DNA from: Chrysomallon squamiferum
Lineage: Eukaryota > Animalia > Mollusca
Reading direction: 5' to 3'
NCBI GenBank assembly: GCA_012295275.1
Contig: CM022673.1
Span: forward strand, 18,848,001-18,912,000
Length of the DNA: 64,000 nt
The notes beneath the pieces are model-generated. The model searched no databases and was not told the DNA's origin. It saw only the letters and a list, made by a program, of their open reading frames with translations. Positions 1-49,465 of the stretch are shown one piece after another; positions within the stretch are counted from its first letter, which is position 1; every line of letters starts with the position of its first letter. The translations under genes were made by a program, and so were the position numbers.

Positions 1-2171
1 ATTCCATAGATTAGATTTTTTAGAGAATTGACTGTGAGCACCAATGAAAATGAGCGGTTTGACAGAAGACTAAAGTAAATTGAATTATCTCATGTAGCAG
101 ATTGTTACATATACTAGATATCTTCCTTCACTTGATTGCTGTTCTGCATATATTATTATAGATAATATAATATTCATGTTTTCTTTGGAACTGAAATAAA
201 ATAATAAAATTTGAAGTTCTATTGTTATTTTTTATGTTCATGTCATTCTAGAAGGAAGAGAAGATATGGTTGGCAATTTTATATGTATACATGTGTTATC
301 TATGCATTTGTATGTATGTATGTATGTATGTATGTAAGTAAGTTTCTGTGTGTGTTTGTATGTATGTATGTATTTATGGTATGTGAGTATACATTTAATT
401 TTTATTTTTCAACCTGACAGTCATAATTATTCACACAAAATCAAGAATACAAAATGAAATATTTTTGAAAAAGTAGGTCTGTAAATTAACTCACGTAATT
501 TTAAAATTTTTATCATCATTTACAAATGTCTTTCATGATAACATCTTTGTTTATACAAATAAAACAGCAGCAGATTATATTTTGTAAAATAGATTCTTGT
601 CAGTTTTTCATTTGAATAATTTTGTAACATCTTTTTCAAACTGTAATGTTTAAATTATAATTATACTCACTTTGAATAATGTTTTCATTCTTGATTAGCC
701 TATCAGTTAAAAAGAAATAATTTCTTTTCTATTAATGTCAGTTACATTTGAATGTGTCATACAGATGTAGTTATTTTTTTAGTTTTTGTGAATTTGTATT
801 AAGTAGATCATACATAATGATAAATTGAAAGTGAAGGTAGAAGGACATGTTTTTATACAGTTTTTTCTTTCTTCCTTTCTATTCTTTTTGTTTGTTTGTT
901 TATTTATTTATTTATTTATTTATCTATCTATCTATCTATTTATTTAAATTGTTATGGTATTTATTTTACTTCATTTTAACCTCTCTTTTTTTCAGGAAAG
1001 TTTCCATTAAATATTTTTTTCACATTAGTAATATCTGTTGGTATTTGATATTTATTCTGACATGACTATTTTAAAATTGTAATGGTACATTACTGAGTAC
1101 AGACAGTAACCTACAAAAAAAAAATTAAAAAATTGCTTATAAAATACAAAAAAAATTATAAATTGATCAATTGTTTATTTTTTATTTGTGTTTTCTTTTC
1201 TTCTTTTATTCTAATAATAATTATTATATTTTATTTTATTTTACTTTTTATATATATATTTTGTTGTTTTTGTTTACTAATGACAATAGTTAATGATGAA
1301 GACAAAGGAGGTGAATTATTATCAGGACATTTCTATTTTTTGCTATTACCTGAGTGAACCAAATAAATGTTTATTCATTCACTGTACTAACACGGTCAGT
1401 TGTTTCATAATTAGCAACTTATTCTTGCATCAGTTTCATTCTTTGAAACCCTTACCAGCACAAGGATCTATTAACAACATTAGCAGCATCATGGACTGTC
1501 ATAATAGTATTTAATTGAAGTAATGATAAATGACTTGAGTTCTTCACAGCATTGAATATGATCAGTGTTATTGATTCAGTTTGATAATGGATCTATTTCT
1601 AGACCTTATGTTTTCTTATCTTTTTATCACAGAGCAATTTTTGTTTTGTTTTATTTTTAAACCCATTATCACTAACATGAAGAGAGCAGTTTAGAAACTA
1701 AAATTCAAGATATGGATGGGATACAATGTGTGTGTTTTTTTTGTTTGTTTGTTTTTTCTGTGTTTGTGTTAAAACATTTCAGCACCTCTTCACACCTCTG
1801 TGAAAACAACACAGATGTTGAAATATTATGTCAGTATGTACTGAAAGTGGTTGCAGTTGGCTAATTCTGTGTACTGTTTCCATAGTGTCCAGGGCAGCCT
1901 GCTACAGTAAGACCTGTGAAAGAGAGTTAATATTTCATGATAGGGTATAGTTTAACAAAGATTCCCAGTATTGATTGTGCCTTCTGTGATGTCTGTAAAA
2001 TAGGTTTGTGTATATAAAAAGCTCATCAATCTGAGAAAGAATAATTAAAACGTGTTGACATCTGAATAATAAAGCTGCATCAAAACAGCTGACTTGATCA
2101 ATTAACATTTACTCTTTCTGAAGGTGTGCACAAATAAAATAGGTTCCGTGGAAGATATCCACAATTGAGTT

Positions 2172-2205
2172 ATCCCACTCTCCAGAATCCCACTCTCCAG
2201 AATCC
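2172..2205. repeat. 15-bp tandem duplication ATCCCACTCTCCAGA x2.3
   Basis: Direct reading. Confidence 0.9.
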
Positions 2206-2841
2206 ATGCTGATGAAAAAAGAACACAGTATACAATTAACTGAAAACCTGATTCTCACAATAACTAAAGGATACAGCACCAACAGCAGGTAATAGGGTGT
2301 TTTCTAACTGCATGGAAAGCGGGAGTGTTACCGAGGAAACTTTATGGATTTTATCATATTGGTGTTTGCCTTATTCTTGTAATGGTCGTCATTATACCTG
2401 CATTGCAGCTCATTTCAGTCAATTACATGCTATTAATCCATGATTTTGTGATATTGACGTACACATGTTGCTCGCATCAGACAGCTTCCTATATTTACTG
2501 TACTAGTGGGCAACACTGAGATGATTTTAACACATCGTTATGTAAACACTGAAACTGATGCTTTATTAAACAATGAAAATCTACGTGTTTTTTTAATTGG
2601 AAAATTGACTATGTGCTTTTGTTGACATCAGTGTTTTGAAAAGAAGGAAAAATTGTCAATGGCTATAATGTGATAGGAAATTTGATACAATTTTAGATTC
2701 AGAATACATTTGGATGAAAATATTTATATATATTTATATGTTTTTAAGGCAAACTAAAATGATTTTTAAATATGGAATCAAACAATAAAACTGTTGTTTT
2801 AATGGAATTATTTCTAAAGACATTGTGTCATTTGACTCCAG

Positions 2842-2979
2842 TGTTGGAGGACTGTGTTTGAATTTTCCTCAATGGCTAACGGTTTTAATGTGTGTTTGGA
2901 TTATCGGCTTCGTGGATTGGATTACGTTGTTGGTTACTTGAAAAGGGGAGACGGGAAGCATCTGAGACAAGCTGTTATT
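2842..2979 (+). CDS. Candidate alternative liprin-alpha 5'/cassette exon (ATG at 2872: MANGFNVCLDYRLRGLDYVVGYLKRGDGKHLRQAVI)
   Basis: GC/CpG-richer island in the AT-rich intron; ccag acceptor at 2841; ATT|gtgagt donor; phase 0, in frame with exon 4843. Confidence 0.5.
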
Positions 2980-3373
2980 GTGAGTTTGACTTTGAAAGTT
3001 AACCTCAAATATTGTTTTGTTTGTCTCAAAATATTTTTAGGTTCATTCAGATGTTGTTAAAAATTGTTTATATAAACAAGTTTTGGCATTTATTAAATGA
3101 TATGTCAGTTTAGTTTTTATATTCTAATATTTGGTATCAATATTTTGACATGAACTAAATTATTTTATTGAAAGTAAGTTGAAATTTAAAGTGAAATAAA
3201 ATTTAAAAAAAACAAGTTTTTTATTCAAAAACATTTTTATCTAAGGATTACATTTTATTATAGTTTTGTTTATATTAATAATAAAAAGCTAGTAATTAAA
3301 TTTACGAATGCTAATATAGATATTTCAGAGAAGCTATTTTGCAAAATGTATTCCTCCTGTGACAAACAATTGA

Positions 3374-3374
<1 letters not shown>

Positions 3375-3410
<36 letters not shown>

Positions 3411-3506
3411 ATCATACAATAATTCAAAATAACATTTCTTTCTACCATAATTTTTTTATAATTATTCTTTTTTTTTTCAGAAATTGTATCTGAACTAAAA
3501 AAGTGG
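3375..3506 (+). repeat. (CA)n-headed dispersed repeat, copy 1
   Basis: (CA)n followed by AATCATACAATAATTCAAAATAACATTTCTTTCTACCATAA...TGTATCTGAACTAA; an inverted copy lies at 25054-25176. Confidence 0.9.
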
Positions 3507-4842
3507 ATTTTTTTAACATTGTAGTCACATCTTAAACCACATCATAGTGCTTTAAATTACCAAACATTATTTTTTTATTAATTAGATTAACATTAAATAA
3601 ACGAAAGGAGATAAAACAAGATTATACTGAAAGTTTTCAGCATTCTAAAAATAAAACTAGTTTGTGTTGAAGTGAAGTCCTAGGTGTGATGCACTTATTT
3701 CCTTCCACACTTTGTGTTAATATATGACATGCATCAAGTTTAATATTACGTACATCATGAATAATTTAGTTGTAAGTATCGAGATGTTATCTACAGTTGT
3801 GTGTCATACATGTACAATGAATAGTTTGTCACGCAACCCTTTATTAAAGCCATCAGGTAAACCTGTTAAATAATTCTTTTTTGGACTCTCTGATGGACTT
3901 TGATGTATTTTTATGAAACTTTAGTACATTCAGTAGTTCAGTCACCTTTATAAATATTTTATGGTTTACCTACAATTGTGAATAAAAATAACAGACATTT
4001 TATCCTTAGAGAATGACATGACAGTTTGTATATATTTAAACAAGATTTGGATAAATATTTAAAAATGATAATCATGTTTTGGTGATTTGGAACTGATGTT
4101 TTATTATTAGCTGATCATGATTTCAACATTTCAGATAAATAATCAAATCATTCATCTGAAATTAAACAAATAGATGTTTTGAAAATCATGTTTATTCTTT
4201 TTGGAAGGTTTATTTTCGGGTGTGTTTTTTTTTATTGAGTTTTCTCTCTGAATTTGATGATACCAGAGGCATTTTTATGGTTATTATATAATTTGTGTTA
4301 GTTATTGTGATTAATGTAAGGAATTACAGTAATTAGTAATTATGTAAGTAATAATTAGACGATCAGTACTGGTGCTTTATTAATGTTACTAATTGTTCAT
4401 CTGTATGTATCTATGTTTATGTGAAGATTGTACAATTATATATCAATAATTAATTTGGGTTATAAAATGAAATTTTTATGAAAAAGTATCTGGAAATTAT
4501 TACATGATTTTAATCATTTTTACATCCCATAATACTTTATTCGTTATTCTATCACAAGTTAAATATATTTATACTACATGGGCCACACTAATTTGTATCT
4601 ATTAGTTTTATTCTTTTATTCCTTTTTTTTTTAAATGGATTAATACCATAGTTACATCATAATAGATAGATCATTTGTTATTTTATTTACTTTTGTTAAA
4701 AACATAGTTATAATAATAATTTATAGTGAAGTTACATTATTCAGATATTTAAGCATAGACCTTGTTAAAACACATTAAATTCGTTTAAAATTTTAAAAAA
4801 TTGATTTTGTATTTTGACTGTTGATTGTCATTGATTTTTCAG

Positions 4843-42099
<37,257 letters not shown>

Positions 42100-43952
42100 C
42101 GTTTATCATAATTTATTCAGATAACTTTATTATTACAGAGCTAAGGGATCAACTTCTGAGTGCAGGGCAATAAATACATGTGTGTATGGTTGTGTGTGTG
42201 TGTGTGTGTGTGATGAAGTATTCTGTTATTGTAAGACATGCTAGATGGCGCTTTAGTGATACAGGGTCATGTAGGACGCCCAACAAGGATATTGTGTGTC
42301 CTGTTCATGGAAATCCTTCAGGAATTTTGTTTTCGGTGTTTTTTGATCAAAGCCCATTTTCAGGTCTTGTGACATTGTACTGTTAAGTCATGTGACTAGT
42401 TGTTTCTTATTGGTCACGAGATGTGCATCAGTTACTCTGTGTTCATATCATCCATCGTTTTCATCTAGTTAGGAGATTATTTAATAATTTCCTTCATGTA
42501 CTTCATAAGCTTTAATTCTGACTATTTAAATTAATTAGTTGGGACTTTCTTCTTCTTCTTTAATCAGTAATTCTCTTTGTTTTTGGGGGGGTTTTGTACC
42601 TATATAACCTACCTATTTATTATGTGCTGTCCATGTACAGATTGTGATACCCATTGGCATTACAAATTATGCAAACTGTAAGATCACAATAATTGTTTAA
42701 GGTGAATAGTGATGAGGCTGCAAGTTTGTGTCACTGTAGCTGTAGAAGTATTAAATATCTGTCACAGGTTAGTATTACATTGTTAAATCTGATAGCTCAA
42801 AAGGAAACAAAACATGGTTATTTAGTTAGAGAAAAAATTAATAAATACTCCTTTTTTCACTTCTTTTTTTTTTTTAATAATTTGCAGTATGGAACTAAAG
42901 AAATTGAAGTTTGAGTGAAATAAAATAAAATAATGTTCAAATAAAATTTAAATTTATAAATAGTAGTTCTGACAATGTTTTTTTTTTTTTTTTTTTCTAT
43001 TATTAGATTTTAATTTGTTTTAAATTTTAAAAATATATTAGAAGTTAATGTTGCTTACATACAGTGTTGATTAGATGTAGTTACTTACCCAGTTTGTTCT
43101 CTTTCTATGAGATTGTAATAACAGTTAAACCCCAGTTTGTCCAATGTTTATTTCTGTAATTTATTAAGTTAATTTTAAAGGAAGATAACTCCAGTTAGAA
43201 AGAAACATTTAAACAACATTATAAAATAAAAATGTATTTATTGTGTATAAAGTGAAAATATAGAACACAGTTATCTCAAATGCATAATAATGAGGGAGAA
43301 GTCATTTTGAATTAAAATAATTAGTAATGGTTATGTAATTCTATGCTATTTGTATTCATCATCCACTTGGTTGTGAGTATAGTCATCAGCATGAACAGTT
43401 TAACAGGAGTAAACTCAGTTTTAATTTAAAAATACATAATTTTCTGTCATACAGCCTGTGCATGTAAACTTTTGGTCATACTTAAATATATTGAGTAACA
43501 GAGTACCATAATGTTTAATAAAGAATTTTACCACTGATTTTTTTTATGATGTTATTAGATTTCTTAAATACTTGTTCTTTCATCATTTGTTATTTTGTTT
43601 AATTGTTTTTAAAAAATTTATGGTATTAAAATGAAAAAGTGTTTTAATTTAAAAATGTTATTTACTGACAAAAAATTATTGTTGGAATAGATTTTTTAAA
43701 AGAAATAATACTGGTCTAAAAAATTGACAAATGTTTTCTTGGAAGGACACTCTTTTTTCACCAAATTTTCTGGTATAAAAGTTTTCTCCAAAAATAAGTT
43801 GAAGATGCATGACAATAAAGTTGAGGATATTTAATAAACAGTTTTAATTAATAATGTTTTCTCCCTTTGTTCATTTAAGAAATCAGCATTTTTATCATCA
43901 GTGTTTCTTGTCATGTTATTTAATTTTCATTTTTCAATTTTTTTTATTATTA

Positions 43953-43957
<5 letters not shown>

Positions 43958-44004
<47 letters not shown>
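43958..44004. repeat. (TTA)n microsatellite in the putative liprin 3' UTR
   Basis: Direct reading. Confidence 0.95.
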
Positions 44005-45228
44005 TATGTACACTTTTTTAGTGCATGTGAGTGAACAAGCTTTTCTGGGAGGATAAATTATATTTAACATAAATTAACAGTTGTATACAAATAAGTTATA
44101 TTTAAATAACTATGTGGAATAGTTGCCAGCAAAACTGATTGTCATAGATAAAATGCATTACAAGAAGGACAAAGCAGGTTGTGAAACCTTAATAAGAATT
44201 ATATCTCACTTTCTACAGCCATGTCAGATTTTCTGAACTTTGTAAACTTCAAACAAAACTGAAACACATTCAGTTTAGTTTATTTAAAATTTATTTAAAA
44301 TTTTTATTATTCCATTTCTCTCTCTCTGAAAATGAATGTTGAGTTAATATATTGTTATGAAATTAATCAATGAAATTTTGTCCATCCTATGTTCTAGAAA
44401 TGGAGATGACACAAAGTTGTGTTTTAAGCTGTGTGTGTGAAGAGAATGTTAGTCTTAAAATGTGACATGGCAGTGAGAAAGTAAATAGACTTATTGGTGC
44501 TACAGGTCACTGTGACATACATCATTATCATCCCACTCAATGACTACATCAAGTACGTATGTTCAGTCAGTATGTGTTATTCTCACCTCTTTTAAATATT
44601 CAAAATCAGAAAATCAGCGATCTTAAAATTTAGTTGTATCTGTTTAAAATGTATAATTAATATCAATATAAATTTTAGTAAAAACATTTTAAGAAACAAT
44701 AGAGTAGCATACAGTAAGTAGAATGGCTAATTAATATTATTCATAATTAATATTGAAATAAATCCACACTAAATGAGCTAATATGTTATTCTTCCCAATA
44801 ATGTCTGATCTACATTATTTAAATATAAAATGTAATCAAAGAAGTTGAGAACAGGATTTAAAAAAAAAAAAAAAAAAAAAAATTCTAATATTAGAAACAA
44901 TAGAAATCATCCCTTAAGTAACCGATTTTGTAATAATGAAAGGTCTGAAATATTGATATAAAATTGTTACTACTAGAATGTTAAAAGCTCAGCAAACATT
45001 TGAATATCTGTAAATTTAATAATAGCTGCAATCTTAATGTCACATAATCAATGATGTTTAAGTAACTAATTACAGCATGGTTGAAGTAACTGCAGATTAT
45101 TAAAAATATATAGTTTTCTCTCTCTAGTTTATTTATTTTTACATTTGTAGTCCATAATGCCAAGATTTATAACTAAGAATTGATCTGAATATTTATTTAG
45201 ATTTAACATTATTATAGAAATTAAAATG

Positions 45229-45259
<31 letters not shown>

Positions 45260-48200
45260 AAAAAAAAACCTTTCTGATTCTGCAAATTAGCATTCTTTTC
45301 CTTTAAGAATGTTTTAATTAATTATTACTGACTAGATTATATTATTTTTATTAGCTGATAAATGTATAACTTGAAGTTGTAAATACTCAGAAGGTCTGAT
45401 GGTAAATTTAGTTTGGACATGTTTCAAGTAATTCTAAACAGCGACATCATTAATTAGTTGTAGAGGCTGGATTTGTTATAGTCATGAAATATTTTACAAC
45501 ATAATGTCACTGTACTTTCAGCTTTTCTAACAGTTGAAATAACTTCCATCTCTAACAAGTACAGTTTTTCACCTTTTTTCTTTATTGCTATGATCTTTAG
45601 TCTGTAACTGTCCTATAGTCAGTGGGCATGTTTAGAATGTGAATAGTATTAGGTGTCCAATGTCAGTTTGCCAGCCACTAACACCAAGCCAAATATCAAA
45701 CCTTCTGAGTATATCAACATTTCTTAATAAACTGTACTGTACAGATATAAAAAATTATTATTTATTTTCACAACATGTAGATATACAATGTATATATGTT
45801 TGCAGACAAATCATTGTAAAGGGAAGAGAAATAATAATAATATGCATATTTCACTGCTGGAATTCCAGTCAGAAATACCTGCAGATACTGATCATATTAA
45901 TATATAAAATACAAAAAAAAAATTATATATATATTTATATATATATATATATGCTGCATTAAATGTATGTTGCTAAATAGAACTTCATAATACAACTGGT
46001 TTTCCATTGCTCGGAAGTGTCTTCATATGAACATTTTACTTGTTATACATCAGTCACACATACAGAGATACAAATGAATTAGTGATAAATAATTATTTTT
46101 ATTATTATTTTGTTTTTAGTCTTCTTTTTCCCTGCATTTCCTTTTCTTTCTTTTATTTTTTTATTTTTTATTTTTTTATTTTTTTTACAAGATGTTGAGA
46201 CACTATTTCCTAAAGTTATAGATCTCCAAGCTTCCAATATCATGTTTTTAGATATGTTTTTTTTTCTCTGAGTTTTTATCCTAATCAAAATAGTTGTTTT
46301 TATTGTTGATATTTTGTTATTTGACAGCAACAGTTTTATATCACATTTCTTGGTTATCATTACCAACAAAAACTGCATAATAAAATATTCTGGTCTCTGT
46401 ATTTCAACAGTTTATAATATCTTTGCATGCAGATTGTTTTATTCTGTTTTTTTCTTAATTTATTTTTTATAATATACCTCAATAAATGATAAATGAATAT
46501 ATTTCATTCTAGATGTATCTTCATTATCAGTTTAGGTCACAAGTTTTTCACTACTTTGTGATTATTAAACAAGACATAATAATAAAATGTGATAACAATA
46601 TGTTATTAGAATGAAAGAAAATATAACACTAGGAAAATTATTTGAATCAGTTCAAGTTTAAATATCATGTAAATTACTACTCGGCTTAAATGTCTGCACT
46701 TTCAAATCTTTTCCACTTCTTAAATGTAGATTCCACTCTTTTGCCGCTGTCAAAATTTTGTGTGGTATCAGATGTAGTGTTTAAATGAGCCAAACCTATT
46801 CACAGGGCTGGGGCCCTAGCATAGTAATACATTGTAAATGAAGGTGAGGCCAAAAGTTAGTTTTAGAAGGCAGTTGTTATGTGTAAAACACCTTGCATCA
46901 TCTGTGGTCGGTGAGAACCATGCCTGTCAATCATTTGTCTGATATTTTTTATATATAGCAGTCACTGTTTTCACTCATAAAACAGTGGCTAGCAAACAAC
47001 TCACCGACTAGAATAAATAAATGAAAAAAATTAAAATATTACTTTGGTGTTTGTTGTGTTATAAAACTTTGAGTGTGTTCTAGCAGCATTTCAAAATAAA
47101 GAATGCTAACTTGATCCTGAAGATAACAGGTAAACCACAGTTTATTTTTAATTCAACAAAGAGTAAAGCTGGAAATAAATATATATATACGTACTTCAGA
47201 ACAAGGTCCATGATTAACAAGTAGAAGCTGGATTTCAAAGAACTTTTGATTCAGCAGCGATTTGTTACAAAATGTGCTTAGCTACGTCGTGTGTGTATAT
47301 ATATATATATATATATAATCCCAGAATTTACATTTTGGAATTAAACATAAATATCTGACATTTCATAGTTATTTTTTAAACTCAAAACATTTCAGTTACT
47401 GCACCCTGACATTTAAGGAAAGTCAGAATCACTTTAGTGTGAACTACAGAAGTAGATAAAAAGAACTGTCATACTGAGATTCAGTATAAAATATAATAAA
47501 AAACAACATGAAAAAATATATCCTGAAAAGCACATAGAAATAAATCCATTGTAATACAGAACACTAGAACTGAATTATCACTTGTAGTCCGTTATAAGTC
47601 TGATATGGATTAGGTTATGGAGAATGTTTTCCATTCAGAGTTAATCTCTGTACCAGCTGATTATAGTTCGTATTGATTTGTTACATTGTTAATTCAAATT
47701 ATTCTTTTCATTAACGAGCACTAGTAAATTGCTGAATGTTACAAAAGAAATACTTCAAACACAATTTTATACATCTTTTTTTCTTCTTTTTTCTTTTATT
47801 TATTTAATAACAGATGTTTGTATTAAATTTTTCCAAATAAGGTTAATTTTTAAAATGAGATTTGTTTTCAAATATCTCATATTAAGAAAGCATACACCTA
47901 CAGGGTTGTGTCATTGGAAGTCAGTATACTTCCATAATGATAGTATTCATAAAGATACCTGAACTACGTTGAAAATCTCACTGCATTCTTTTTTCATTTA
48001 AAAAAAAAAAAATAACAATAATAATAATATAGTCTCTCTGCCTGTGTTGTCCTTAATTATATATTTGAAACCATAAAAACTATAAATAGAATACGTCATA
48101 AATAAAACTTCATTTTAAACTTCTTCATTTCTTTAAATAAAAGGATCTATAGGAAAATGACTGAGATAAATAATTATAATAATGGTTGAAAAAATGTGCC

Positions 48201-48423
48201 TTTAAATTTCTTTTCTGAAAGAGTTCTGAACTATAACAGAAGAGAAATACCTGGTTTATCAAAGTTTCAATGTGATCTGTAAGGAGGAAATTCTTACTTT
48301 TTTACTTAGCTCAGATGTTTAGATTATCCGATTAGCTGTGTGGTATTAACCGCGTCACGCTACAAGCGATAATGGCATTCTCGTGATTCTGTTTTCATTA
48401 CAAGTGAATGTAAATCCTTAACG

Positions 48424-48436
48424 CCACCAGAGGGTA
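48424..48436 (+). promoter_or_regulatory. CTCF-like motif CCACCAGAGGGTA
   Basis: 12/13 match to the CCASYAGRKGGCR consensus, located between the two genes. Confidence 0.4.
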
Positions 48437-48613
48437 TATAATATACAGTGTAAGTACTACATGGAACGAGTTAACTCGCGTTGTTAATGACGCCGAGAAA
48501 GTAGTTGTGTATTTTTAAACGATTTCGGAATTTCGGATGAAGAAAACTGTTGTGTTAATGTGAATAGTGGACACTTGAAGACAATGATAAAAGCGTAAAA
48601 AAAAACAAAAGTT

Positions 48614-48675
48614 ATGTCTCTGTTTCACATTCAGTTTCCAAAGCGTCGCGGCTCTCTAACCTGGGACGAGCTGGG
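48614..48675 (+). CDS. Gene 2 exon 1 (MSLFHIQFPKRRGSLTWDEL)
   Basis: ATG at 48614, GG|gtaaga donor in phase 2. Start is uncertain because a ttcag acceptor at 48634 is also possible. Confidence 0.65.
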
Positions 48676-49418
48676 GTAAGACCGTACATTTAGTACATTA
48701 ATTGTAAGACTGACACCATTACATGTTTTAACTTTAGTTTTAAATACATTTTTTTCTTCCTTTCTTTCTTTCATTCATTTTTCTTTTTTTAATTTACTTA
48801 AATATATATTTTTTTTTTTTTTTTTTTTCCATGTGACTTATTACAGCGGAATTAATATTCATAATTTAAAGAATATATATTACAATTATTCATTTTCAGT
48901 TCTAAAATGCTAACTTTGTGTCGAAAATATAAAAATAAATAACGTATCAGTAATACAAAAATGAATAGAATCAGAAAGGCTATCTATGTTGGAATTATTT
49001 TATCTTATAAGTATTTACAAAACAAATCGATCATATAGCCGTTGCTTTGCCCGCCAGTTCTGAACAAGTAAAACCATTGTGTAACTATAATCTCGTTTCT
49101 AAGAGCATTTATCTTGGTCAGAGCGTGTGAATAGCAATACAGATCGCGACATAGTATAGCTGAAATTTATCACGCGTTATTTTCCGTACACATTCACTGT
49201 CAAGTATCCTGGTGCTAAATTTATTATACATAGTAAACATTGTCAAGTGTGTATCAATGGTGAAGAACGACAGTTTATTTCTCAGTCAAATAAAATTTGT
49301 ATTCGTTCAGTCTTTTTGTAAATGGAATACCATATACACAAAAGAATGAAAACAGCTATGAAATACATTTTTATTTTCTACCCACATTAATTTTTTCTTT
49401 CAAATGCTCACTAGTCAA

Positions 49419-49465
<47 letters not shown>

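Larger units (their letters stand above)
48330..48680 (+). promoter_or_regulatory. CpG-rich promoter / first-exon region of gene 2
   Basis: Abrupt cluster of CG dinucleotides (ccgcgtcacgc, aactcgcgtt, gcgtcgcggc) in otherwise CpG-poor DNA, immediately upstream of the ATG. Confidence 0.6.

Noticed and set aside
211-1514. Several Phe/Tyr/Ile-rich short ORFs
   Set aside because: Low-complexity T-rich intron and tetranucleotide repeats, with no coding signal.
2206-2288. ATG-started 27-codon stretch ending at CAG|gtaata
   Set aside because: Ends in phase 2, incompatible with the phase-0 downstream exons. It could only be non-coding.
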